From an uncultured Planctomycetaceae bacterium (GTDB lineage: Bacteria; Planctomycetota; Planctomycetia; Pirellulales; PALSA-1355), in contig CAWAUV010000007.1 of the NCBI GenBank assembly GCA_963785305.1, positions 1,920,001 to 1,984,000 of the forward strand: a DNA stretch of 64,000 nt, read 5' to 3'. The translations under genes were made by a program, and so were the position numbers. This document shows, piece after piece, positions 35,834 through 46,563 of this stretch; positions within the stretch are counted from its first letter, which is position 1; each line of letters opens with the position of its first letter. The notes beneath the pieces were generated by a model. The model did not search any database, was not told the DNA's origin, and saw nothing but the letters and a program-made list of their open reading frames with translations.

Positions 35834-35872
35834 ACGAAAAAAGCCAGGGTCCTTGGGACCCTGGCTTTTCGT
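35834..35872. terminator. Intrinsic terminator-like hairpin downstream of tRNA-Met
   Basis: AAAAGCCAGGGTCC-TTG-GGACCCTGGCTTTT with T-tracts on both strands. A second hairpin GCGGTAGCGAA/TTCGCTACCGC lies at about 35883-35906. Confidence 0.8.
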
Positions 35873-35915
35873 ATAACCCCCAGCGGTAGCGAAGTTTCGC
35901 TACCGCGGAAACAAG

Positions 35916-35989
<74 letters not shown>

Positions 35990-36017
35990 ATATGTTCGCC
36001 ATCGTTCGGCCACATGG

Positions 36018-36046
36018 ATTCTAACCGACCATTGCCAAGGCGTCGA
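36018..36046 (-). promoter_or_regulatory. sigma70-type promoter for tRNA-Met (TCGACG-17-TAGAAT)
   Basis: Hexamers with 17-bp spacing about 28 nt upstream of the tRNA. Confidence 0.5.
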
Positions 36047-36065
36047 GTGCTGAAAAATCGCGATT

Positions 36066-37606
36066 TGTCATGCGCCAATAGAAATGTCCCCATAGGCGTT
36101 CATTAGAAATGTCCCCATTGTCGCGGCCTCGAAAGGAGGCTGCGATGGAGACATGGACGATGAGCGTCAAGGAGTTGCGGCGTTTGGCCGCGTTTGGTCG
36201 CGTGCTGGATAAGAGTTGGAGTTTGGCCGAGGCGGCGCGGCAGTTGAAGATCAGCTATCGCCAGGCCAAGCGGTCGTGGTCTCGTTACCAGCGAGATGGG
36301 ACGGCCGGCTTGTCGCATGGCCTGCGTGGCCGTGCTAGCAACCGTGGCCGGCGGAGCGAGCAACGGGAGCGGGCGTTGGAGCTGTTTCGAGAGAAATACG
36401 CGGACTACGGGCCGACCTTGGCGGCCGAATGCCTGGCGAGCGAAGACGGCTTGCGGGTTTCGGCGGGCTCGTTGCGGCGGTGGTTGCTTGCGGCGGGACT
36501 GTGGACCCGGGAGCGACGGCGGGCCAAGCACCGCCGCCGCCGACCGCGGCGTCCGCGGCTTGGCGACTTGGAGCAGATGGACGGCTCGCATCACGACTGG
36601 TTCGAGGGACGCCGCGGCTGGGCCGTGCTGATGGTCATCATCGACGACGCGACGGGCGCGATTTACGCCCGGTTCTTCGAAGCCGAGACGTTGGAGGCGG
36701 CACAAGAAACGTTTGGCCGTTACGTCCGCCGACACGGCTTGCCAGCGGGATTGTACGTCGATCAGGCTAGCATTTATCGTGCGGATCGCGAGCCGACGCC
36801 GGAGGAGCTGGCCCGCGGAAAGCGGCCTGAAACGCAGTTCGGCCGGGCCATGCGCGAGCTGGACGTGGAACTGATCCTGGCCCGCAGCCCCCAGGCCAAA
36901 GGTCGCGTCGAGCGGGTCAACCGCACGTTGCAAGATCGGCTGGTCAAGGCCTTGCGGCGATTCGGAATCAGCGACCTGACGAGCGCCAATGCGTTCTTGG
37001 AAGAGACGTTCCTGGGCGAGTTCAATACACAATTCGGCCGATCGGCGGCCGACCCCAGCGACGCCCATCGGCCGCTGCCGGCGGGCGTGGACCTCGATCG
37101 GGTTCTCTCGGCGCGCGAACTGCGCACGGTGCAGTTCGACTGGACGATGCGTTGGCGAAACCGTTTCTTGCAATTGCCCGCCGAGTCGGCGCCTTTCGTC
37201 CAGCCCGGCCAGAAAGTGGAGGTGTGCCAACAGCCCGATGGGCGGCTGCGGATTTTCTCGGGCGGCCGCGAGTGGACTTGGACAGCGGCTGACGTTCGTC
37301 CGCCGGCGGCGCGCAAGCGTCCGCAACGGACCGGACCGACCGGTTCGAGCCAAGGCCAACGCCCAGCCGCCAACCACCCTTGGCGGGGCCGGAAACGCGC
37401 TCCCACGACCTTCCAAGAGCCCGATCTTGTCGCCACCGGATGACGACCCCCGGCCGCGAAAATTGGCTGCTATCACGGAGGCGAGCGCTAGCGAGCCGGA
37501 GTGATAGCAGCCAATTTTTCCTTTTCCAAAAACCCCTTCAACCCTTTAACCAACGGGGACATTTCTATTGAACGCCCAATGGGGACATTTCTAATGGTTG
37601 ACAACA
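36066..37606 (+). mobile_element. IS1202-group (ISNCY / IS481-related) insertion sequence
   Basis: TGT...ACA ends with 26-bp imperfect IRs and two TAGAAATGTCCCC repeats at each end. Flanks GCGATT/GGGATT match 5 of 6. Confidence 0.88.
36145..37443 (+). CDS. ISNCY/IS1202-type DDE transposase
   Basis: HTH, DYGPTLAAE, QMDGSHHDWFEGR, IDDATG, SPQAKGRVERVNRTLQDRL. GGAGG RBS upstream. Confidence 0.93.
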   Translation: METWTMSVKELRRLAAFGRVLDKSWSLAEAARQLKISYRQAKRSWSRYQRDGTAGLSHGLRGRASNRGRRSEQRERALELFREKYADYGPTLAAECLASEDGLRVSAGSLRRWLLAAGLWTRERRRAKHRRRRPRRPRLGDLEQMDGSHHDWFEGRRGWAVLMVIIDDATGAIYARFFEAETLEAAQETFGRYVRRHGLPAGLYVDQASIYRADREPTPEELARGKRPETQFGRAMRELDVELILARSPQAKGRVERVNRTLQDRLVKALRRFGISDLTSANAFLEETFLGEFNTQFGRSAADPSDAHRPLPAGVDLDRVLSARELRTVQFDWTMRWRNRFLQLPAESAPFVQPGQKVEVCQQPDGRLRIFSGGREWTWTAADVRPPAARKRPQRTGPTGSSQGQRPAANHPWRGRKRAPTTFQEPDLVATG

Positions 37607-37712
37607 GGGATTGCTTGCAGGGCCAATCATTGTTCTAGTCTAGCGGAAGTCTCCCGCGTAGGATGAGTGTGTACGTGCGTCCACTCACCTTTATTCTGCT
37701 GGAGATGCTTGC

Positions 37713-38859
37713 ATGGCGACTGCCGAAGCAACGAGTCTGCTCGATTTCTTGTCGCGGATTCCCGATCCTCGTGGGCGGCGGGGGCGACGCTTTTCGCTCT
37801 CGGCCATGATGGCCACCGTGGTTTGCGGAATCCTTTGCGGCCACCGAGGTTACAAGGCGATCGCCGATTGGATCGCGTCGCAGGACCGAAAAATCTGGTG
37901 GTTGCTGGGCTATTGGCGCAAGCCTCCTTGCGCCAATGCCTTCCGTGATCTGATCCTGGCCCTCGACCCCGTGATTTTAGAGCAGTGCGTGCGAGAATGG
38001 GTCGAGTCGCAACTGGGCGAGGTTGTGGATGAGGCAAAGTTGTCCGCCGTCGCGATGGATGGCAAGTCCCTGTGCGGAGTGCTGAACGCGCACGGACGGA
38101 CGGCCCATCTGCTGTCCTTGTACGACCAAGAAACCGGCTATGTCTTGAGTCAGATGGAAGTCGATGGCAAGACCAACGAGATCACCGCCGCGCCGGAACT
38201 CTTGGAAACGATCGTCTTGAAAGGCCGCGTCATCACGGGCGACGCCCTGCTGTGTCAGCGCGAGATCTGCCAGAAAATCATCGACGGCGGCGGGCATTAT
38301 CTCCTGGTGGTCAAAGACAATCAGCCGACTCTAATGCAGGCCATCGCCGCCGAGTTCGAGCCGGCCTTTTCCCCCCTATAACGAGAAGCAACGCCAATCC
38401 CATCTCGATGTCGCCGAAACGTTGAACAAGGGACACGGCCGGCGAGAACATCGCTCTCTGCAAGCTTCGACCCGGTTGGCGAAGCACTTGGATTGGCCCG
38501 GCCTGGAGCAGGTCTGCCGACTCGACCGCACGACCTGGCGCAAGGGCATTCAGACCCACGAAGTGGCGTATGCCATTTCCAGCGCGCCACGACCCAAAGG
38601 CTCGGCCGCCGACCTGCTGGGCTGGTGGCGCGGGCACTGGGGCATCGAAAACAAGTCCCACTGGGTTCGCGACGTGGTTCTGGGCGAGGACGCCTGCCGA
38701 ATCCGCAAGGGCAGCGCGCCCCAGGCGTTCAGCACGCTCCGCAATGCGGGCCTTACCCTCCTACGATCGCTAGGCTGCACCCAAATCGCCCAAACTCTGC
38801 GAGAAAACGCCGCCCGAGTCGACCGCCTCCTCACCAGACTCGGCATCTTGAAAGAATGA
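37713..38859 (+). CDS. ISAs1 transposase split into two frames (37713-38381 and about 38372-38859)
   Basis: IPDPR, AMDGKSL, KTNEI, ITGDAL, VKDNQPTL | KGHGRRE, RGHWGIENKSHWVRDV..ED. The break is at TTTTCCCCCC. Confidence 0.92.
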
Positions 38860-38866
38860 GCGACCC

Positions 38867-40583
38867 GGGACCAGTTCAGCTTATGCGGCGGTGGCGAGGG
38901 GGGTGGAGCGGCGGTGGAAGGGGTGGCCGGGGCGTTGCGAGAGGTAGTCCTTGAGCCGGCCGTCGTCGCTGAGGGCTGCGGCGCGGAGCTGCAAGATCGC
39001 TTCCGCTCCGTCGGGATCGTCCCAGAACATTTCGGTCCCTTTCACGCGCAGGTTCATCTGTTTGATCAGCGACTCCATCGGCGCGCTGGTGACCGGCAGG
39101 CCCAGGCGGCGATAGCTGGGATAGTCCATCCGCTGGCGATTGTTCGTCAAGTACCGCACGGCGTCGACGAGCGGTTTCTCCGCGTCACTGGGTTTCGTAT
39201 CTTCCCAGTCGATGCCCCGCGCGAGGCAGGCTTGCTTGATCTCGTCGATCACGTGATCGACCTGGCCTTGCCAGCACCAGGTGACGAACTTTAGATAGAG
39301 CGACCAACCCTCCGCATCGTTGGCGGCCAGCGCCAGCGCCGCGCGGTAAACGTATTGAATCGCATGAATGAAGTCGAGGACGGGCGTGAACGTCGGAAAA
39401 TGTTTTTTCCAGATCGACCAGTTCCAGTTCAGGCCATCACCGAGGAAGACCCGTAAAGGAGAATCGTAGAACCGGCGCCGCTGGGCTTCGCGCCGCATCA
39501 GCGGGCCGAAATCCTCCGAGCAGGACATACTGCTCAGCGCCGTGCGCAGCACGCGCCGCGGGCCTTCGTACTTCACGCGGCGGGGTTTCTCGGCGGCGGA
39601 TTCTTCGCCGGGCGAATCGAGGCGGGGAACCGCTTTTTCCGCGATATTCGCCACTTTTTTCGCGATGCGAAAGGAAGTCGGCAACTCGGGGCAAGCGTCT
39701 TCGTCCGCGACATGCCGCGGGTTGAGAGACATTCGCTCGAACGAAGCGTTCTTCGTTTCGCGCCAGCCTTTCTCGCCCGACGGCACGACGCCGCGCCCCT
39801 GGCCCGGCTCGCGTGTGCGAATGCGGCCGCCGTCGCAAGAGACCACCGCCGCCGCCGGCACGACGACTTCCTTGACGACTTTTTTATCGTCGCTGGACGC
39901 CGGCAGTGCCTTCCCGTCGGCCAGTTCCTGGCCCACCTGTTTCACCAAACGCCGAATCGTGCTGCAGGGAACTTTGTGTCCCAGCACTTGCCCGGTGATC
40001 ACTTCCGCGCGCTCGAACGAACGGACTTCCGCGGCCAGGCAGACTACGGCTCGCGTCAACTCGGGCGTGACCTCGCGGCTATCGAGTCCCAACGTCAACC
40101 GCTGAGGGAAAAAAAGACCACCGGCAGCGGTCGCAGTAAGCGGTCGTCTCGGTCACCTCGACCCGGCCATCCAGGCTGGTGACCGGCCTCGTTGCGGTTT
40201 GCACGCCGCACGACGCTCCGCAGGTGGGGCAGTTCGCTTCCGTCGGGCAGCTCGCGGCGACTTCACGCATCGCTCGCTCTTGGGCTTCACGGCTCAACTC
40301 GCGGCCGAGCGTGATAGCATACCGCTCGATGACGCTATAGTGCGGCGTGCCGAGGAACACCCCCTGCTCGACCATCTCCTCGATTCCCAGTTCGGCCAAT
40401 TCCCGCAAAAGTTCCTTCCTCCTGGCCTCGCGGGCCTGCATCGCGGCGTCCATGCCTAGCGCTCCTTAAGCAAGTTTCGTTCACCGATCAAATCCACCTC
40501 GCCCAGCTTACCACACAAACCCCGAATTCTCCTATTGACGTTTCCACATCCACCCCCCAACCCGCAAAAGCTGAACTGGTCCC
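38867..40583 (-). mobile_element. ISKra4-family insertion sequence
   Basis: 22-bp IRs GGGACCAGTTCAGCTT(A/T)TGCGG flanked by GAGCGACC repeats. Confidence 0.88.
38881..40453 (-). CDS. ISKra4 transposase split into two frames (40079-40453 and 38881-about 40110)
   Basis: CPTCG...CDRC zinc ribbon, FFP at the T7C3 junction, SCDGG, LGDGLNWNW, LDFIHA, MDYPSYRRLGLPVTSAPMES. Confidence 0.88.
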
Positions 40584-40611
40584 GAGCGACCGAGCGACCC
40601 TGGGACGCGGG

Positions 40612-41860
40612 CAGGGTCGCTCATTCTTTCAAGATGCCGAGTCTGGTGAGGAGGCGGTCGACTCGGGCGGCGTTTTCTCGCAGAGTTTGGGCGATTTGGG
40701 TGCAGCCTAGCGATCGTAGGAGGGTAAGGCCCGCATTGCGGAGCGTGCTGAACGCCTGGGGCGCGCTGCCCTTGCGGATTCGGCAGGCGTCCTCGCCCAG
40801 AACCACGTCGCGAACCCAGTGGGACTTGTTTTCGATGCCCCAGTGCCCGCGCCACCAGCCCAGCAGGTCGGCGGCCGAGCCTTTGGGTCGTGGCGCTGGA
40901 AATGGCATACGCCACTTCGTGGGTCTGAATGCCCTTGCGCCAGGTCGTGCGGTCGAGTCGGCAGACCTGCTCCAGGCCGGGCCAATCCAAGTGCTTCGCC
41001 AACCGGGTCGAAGCTTGCAGAGAGCGATGTTCTCGTCGGCCGTGTCCCTTGTTCAACGTTTCGGCGACATCGAGATGGGATTGGCGTTGCTTCTCGTTAT
41101 AGGGGGGAAAAGGCCGGCTCGAACTCGGCGGCGATGGCCTGCATTAGAGTCGGCTGATTGTCTTTGACCGCCAGGAGATAATGCCCGCCGCCGTCGATGA
41201 TTTTCTGGCAGATCTCGCGCTGACACAGCAGGGCGTCGCCCGTGATGACGCGGCCTTTCAAGACGATCGTTTCCAAGAGTTCCGGCGCGGCGGTGATCTC
41301 GTTGGTCTTGCCATCGACTTCCATCTGACTCAAGACATAGCCGGTTTCTTGGTCGTACAAGGACAGCAGATGGGCCGTCCGTCCGTGCGCGTTCAGCACT
41401 CCGCACAGGGACTTGCCATCCATCGCGACGGCGGACAACTTTGCCTCATCCACAACCTCGCCCAGTTGCGACTCGACCCATTCTCGCACGCACTGCTCTA
41501 AAATCACGGGGTCGAGGGCCAGGATCAGATCACGGAAGGCATTGGCGCAAGGAGGCTTGCGCCAATAGCCCAGCAACCACCAGATTTTTCGGTCCTGCGA
41601 CGCGATCCAATCGGCGATCGCCTTGTAACCTCGGTGGCCGCAAAGGATTCCGCAAACCACGGTGGCCATCATGGCCGAGAGCGAAAAGCGTCGCCCCCGC
41701 CGCCCACGAGGATCGGGAATCCGCGACAAGAAATCGAGCAGACTCGTTGCTTCGGCAGTCGCCATGCAAGCATCTCCAGCAGAATAAAGGTGAGTGGACG
41801 CACGTACACACTCATCCTACGCGGGAGACTTCCGCTAGACTAGAACAATGATTGGCCCTG
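40612..41860 (-). mobile_element. ISAs1-family element, copy 2 (inverted, nearly identical to copy 1)
   Basis: CAGGG...CCCTG ends. Flanks GGGACGCGGG/GGGACGCGCG match 9 of 10. Confidence 0.92.
40621..41765 (-). CDS. ISAs1 transposase, copy 2 (same T4C6 split plus a 2-nt deletion near 40895)
   Basis: 222-aa ORF identical to copy 1 except one V>A. The downstream part is split across ORFs 40532-41056 and 40621-40908. Confidence 0.9.
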
Positions 41861-41878
41861 GGGACGCGCGTCCGTGGG

Positions 41879-41907
41879 TTGACACTCCCGGGCTAGGCCG
41901 ATATCTT
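41879..41907 (+). promoter_or_regulatory. sigma70-type promoter for the nusA operon (TTGACA-17-TATCTT)
   Basis: Consensus -35 with 17-bp spacer. Confidence 0.6.
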
Positions 41908-42147
41908 CACTAGATTACGGCTCGTGCTCGAATTCGATCGGCGCCCCGCAGGGCGCAAGTCGCGGGCGCTGCCGATTGCGATTGAAGATTGACAAATTCG
42001 CCGAGGGAACGCGGGGATTAGACCCTTCTTGGGCAGTTGACTGGCCCTTGGGCCGGCGGCAGCCGCGAACCGTCGTCACCGCCGCACCGACAATTCGAAA
42101 TCGCTTGCCCCCGGCGAAAAGCCCGGGGCCGGCCTGGAATTACCCCA

Positions 42148-43550
42148 TGAACGCCACCGAAGTGCTTAGAATCGTCGATGCCATTCATCGCGATAAAAAC
42201 ATCGACAAAGAGATCGTCTTTCAGGCGATCGAGGCCGCGCTGATCTCGGCCGCCAAGAAGCAATACGGCGAGGACCAAGATATCGTCGTCGCGATCGATC
42301 GCAAGGACGGCGCGATCAGCGGCACGCACAATGGAACGCCACTCGATCCCGAGGAAACGATGGGGCGCATCGTCGCCCAGACCGCCAAGCAGGTCATTAT
42401 TCAAAAAATTCGCGAAGCCGAGCGCGACGCCCTCTACGACGAATACCACGATCTCGTGGGCCAGATGATCACCGGGGTCGTGCATCGCTACGAAGGCGGC
42501 GCCGCCACGGTGCAGCTCAACAATGTCGAGGCGATTCTGCCTCGCAGCGAGCAAATTCCCGGCGAAACCCACCACGCCAACGAGCGGGTGCGGGCCACGG
42601 TGTTCGAAGTCCGCAAGGTGGGCAGCCGCGTGAAGGTGATTCTCAGCCGCACCCGACCGCAACTCGTGCAGCGGCTCTTCGAGCAGGAAATCCCCGAAAT
42701 CGCCGATGGCGTGATCAATGTGCGGGCCATGGCCCGCGAGCCGGGCTACCGCAGCAAGGTGGCCGTGAGCAGTTCCAACCAACGGGTCGACTGCGTGGGC
42801 GCTTGTGTCGGCGTGCGCGGCAATCGGATCAAGAATATCGTCGATGAGCTCTCGGGCGAGCGAATCGATATCGTGCGCTGGAGCGATGATTTGCAGGTTC
42901 TCGTGCCCAACGCGCTCCAGCCGGCCGAGGTCGAGGAAGTGATTCTTTGTCAGATGCTCGGCCGGGCGATCGTGCTGGTGCGCGAGGATCAGCTTTCGTT
43001 GGCGATTGGCCGCCGCGGGCAAAATGTGCGTCTGGCCAGCAAGCTCTGTGGCTGGGATATCGAGATCATGACCCGCGAGGAACTCGACGAGTCGATCGAG
43101 CGAGCCGTGGGCGGCTTCTCGGCGCTCGAGGGCGTGGATGATGGCCTGGCGGAAAAGTTGGTGGGCGAAGGGTTCTTGTCGTTCGATGATCTCGAGGTGA
43201 TCGAGCCCGACGCCTTGATGGAGATGGGTGAGTTGACCGAAGCGCAGGCCGACGCAATCGTCGCGCAGGCCGAAGTCAAGGCGCGGGAGGCCGAACAAGC
43301 TGCGGCGATCGAGCGTCGTCGACAGCGCGAGCAAGAGCGCCATCGACACCGCCACCGCCATGGCCGAAACACTCGAACGCGAGGCCGCCGAAAAGCTGCA
43401 GGCCGCCTTGAACGGGGCGGACGCGGGCGCCGCGGTGGCCGAGGGCGCCGCGGCGAGCTCGATCCAGGAGGGGTCTGGTCCCGCGACGGATGCGGCCCAC
43501 GCGCGCGAGCCCGAGGGCGGCGCCGCGCCGGTCGAAGGAAACTCGGCATA
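42148..43550 (+). CDS. nusA: Transcription termination factor NusA (apparent frameshift near 43340)
   Basis: [56 protein letters not shown]. Confidence 0.97.
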
Positions 43551-43775
43551 GCGGCGCCGCGAATTCCCGTTCGGACGAACTGGACCAACTTCGTTCGGGC
43601 GGTCGCGCCGCGAGAAGCCGCGATGCCCGCGAGATTTGCCTGGAAGCAATCGGCCTTGGTGGTCGCGAGGGCTCATGAGGGAGAATTTGGTCATGAAGTG
43701 AGTTATTATCGAGGGTTTACGCCGCGTGGTGGGCGACCTGGTGGGTCGCCTTGCCCGGCGTCGGAGAAGTGAAAC

Positions 43776-46485
43776 TTGGCCGTTCGCATTTATTCATTAG
43801 CAAAAGAGCTGAAGCTCGACAGCAAGGTGCTGGTCGATATCTGCACGAGCGCGGGCGTGACCGGCAAGGGCTCGGCCTTGGCGAGTCTGACCGACGAAGA
43901 GGTCGACCGCGTGAAGGCGCATTTGGCTGGCGGCGCGGCAAAGTCGGCGGCGGCTGCGGCCGCCGTGGCCACCGCCGCGAAGCCTCCGGCGATTCCCAAG
44001 CCGTCGGTCGCTCCGCCGCCGAAGCGCGAGGCGCCTCCGCCCCCCGCGCCGGTTGAAGCGCCGCTTTCGTCGCAGCCACTGCGCCGGCCCGAGTTTTCGG
44101 CGCCGCCGAGCCTTTCCGATAGGGTGCCGGTGCTGCCGTCTTCCGATGCCTCGAAGGCCAGGAAAAAGCCGGCCGATGGTCCGCGTCCCGCGGGCTCGAA
44201 GTCGGGTCCGGGGCCGAAGTTCGCCCCATTGCCCTCGGTCTCGCAGCCCACGGCGCCAGCGCCGGCGGCGGAGCCCGCGCCTCAAAAGCCCGATCTGCGA
44301 TTGCCGATCGAGGCTCTCAGGGCCAGTCGCGCGGCCGGCGCAGGCCGCTCTCGGAGCAGCTTCGCAAGCACGAGCAGAAGCGAAAGGATAGTGCGCAAGG
44401 CGATTCGCCGGCGCCTTCCGAATCGGGCAAGCCCGTGTCGCGAGATCGCTTTGGTGGTCGCGGCAAGTCGCCGGCTCCCGCGCCGGCGCCATTGGCGCCC
44501 GATCGTGGAAATCGCCGCGGCGCCCGGGGTGGAACAGCGCCCCCGCGGCCGATGGCGAAGCCGCGCTGCTGGGCGGCCGCGAGCAGCGTCAGGCCAATCG
44601 CAAGCGCGTGGCGGGCAACCGTCGCGGCGGCGAGGATGAAGAAGGCGGCTCGCGTCCGCGCCGCTCGCTCGCGCGAAACCGTCGCGCCGCGCCCAGCGCC
44701 ACCATTGCCCGCAAGAGCAAGGCGATTCTCGAACTGCCCGCCACGATCCGCGGCTTTTCCGAAGCCACCGGAATTCCGGCCAAGCAGATTCTCGGTCAAT
44801 TGATGCAAATGGGCCACATGATCGCGATCACCGCGAATCTCGAGCCCGAACTGATCGAGGAATTGTCGCTCGAATTGGGCGTCGAAATCGAGGTCCGGCA
44901 TCCGGTGAGCTTTGCCGACCAACAGTTCGCCGCCGCCACGGAGCGCGAAGACGATCCGGCGGCGCTCGAAACTCGGCCGCCGGTGATCACTTTCCTGGGC
45001 CACGTCGACCACGGCAAGACATCGCTCCTGGATCGCATCATCGGCATCAATGTGGCCGGCGGCGAAAGCGGCGGCATTACGCAGCACATTCGCGCCTACC
45101 AGATCGACAAGGATGGCCGCAAGATTTCGTTTGTCGACACGCCGGGCCACGAGGCGTTTACCGAAATGCGCACCCGCGGAGCCAATGTGACGGACATCGC
45201 GGTGTTGGTCGTGGCCGCCGACGACGGCGTGATGCCGCAGACCGAAGAGGCCATCAGCCATATTCGCGCGGCCAATGTGCCGATTGTCGTGGCGCTTAAT
45301 AAGATCGACCTGCCGGGCATCGACGTGGATCGAATCTATCAGCAATTGGCCACGGCGAACCTGCTGCCGACCGAATGGGGCGGCGACACCGAAGTCGTGA
45401 AGACCAGCGCCACGACCGGCGTCGGGCTCGACAATTTGCTCGAGACCTTGCTCACGATCGCGGAGTTGCACGACTACAAAGCCAACCCCAGCCGGCCCGC
45501 CTCGGGCGCCTGTCTCGAAGCGGCGTTGCATGAGGGTCGCGGCGTGATCGCCAAGGTGATCGTGCAAAGTGGCACGCTGCGCGTGGGCGACGCGGTGGTC
45601 TGCGGCTCGTCGTTCGGCAAAGTCAAGGCCATGTACGACACGCTCAAGCCGGGCGTCACCTTCCAGGAAGCGCCGCCTTCGCTGCCGGTCAATCTCACCG
45701 GGCTCAACGAAGCGCCCGCCGCCGGCGAGCATTTCTATGTGCTCGACGATATCTCGGTGGCGCGCGAGATCGCCGAAAAGCGGGCCAGCCAAAGCCGCCG
45801 CGCCACGCTCGGCGGATATCAGGCCCATGTGACGCTCGAAAACCTGTTCGATCAACTCGGCAAGGAAGAAACCCGCACGCTGAACCTGATTTTGCGGGCC
45901 GATACCCGCGGCTCGATCGAAGCGATTCAGAAAGAGCTCACCAAGCTCGAACATCGCGAAGTGAAGATCAAGATCTTGCAGGCCACGGTCGGCGGCATCA
46001 CCGAGGCCGACGTGCATTTGGCCGACGCCTCGGACGCGATCATCGTGGGCTTCAACGTGGTGCCCGACGAAGGCGCCCGCTCGCTCTCCGAGCAGCGCGG
46101 CGTGCAGGTGCGGCGCTACGACATCATCTACAAAGTCACCGAAGACGTGAAATTGGCCCTCGAAGGCATGCTCAAGCCCGAGAAGCGCGAGCTCGAGCTC
46201 GGTCGGGCCCTGGTGCAGCGCACCTTCGTGATCAGCCGCCTGGGAACCATTGCCGGCTGCCGGGTGCTTTCGGGCACGATTCAGCGCAATTCGCGAGTGC
46301 GCTTGGTGCGCGACAGCCAGGTGATCGGCGACTATTCGCTCGAGTCGCTCAAGCGCGAGAAAGACGATGCCCGCGAGGTGCGCGAAGGCATGGAGTGCGG
46401 CATGAAGCTGGGCGGATACAACGATCTCAAGGAAGGCGATGTGCTGGAGGCCTACAAGGTCGAGGAGTTTGCCCGCACGTTTTAA
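43776..46485 (+). CDS. infB: Translation initiation factor IF-2 (apparent frameshifts in the N-terminal linker)
   Basis: [11 protein letters not shown]-domain; [27 protein letters not shown]. Confidence 0.97.
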
Positions 46486-46563
46486 CCCGTTGCCCCCTGG
46501 GCGGGGCGGCGGAGCATTCCGTGGCGGCGCGGGCGTCCCTCCGAGGCGGCGACGAAACGAACC

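Larger units (their letters stand above)
37618..40602 (+). mobile_element. ISAs1-family element, copy 1 (right IR interrupted by ISKra4)
   Basis: Left end CAGGGCCAATCATT. Right end AATGAGCGACC[ISKra4]...GAGCGACCCTG. Confidence 0.9.
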
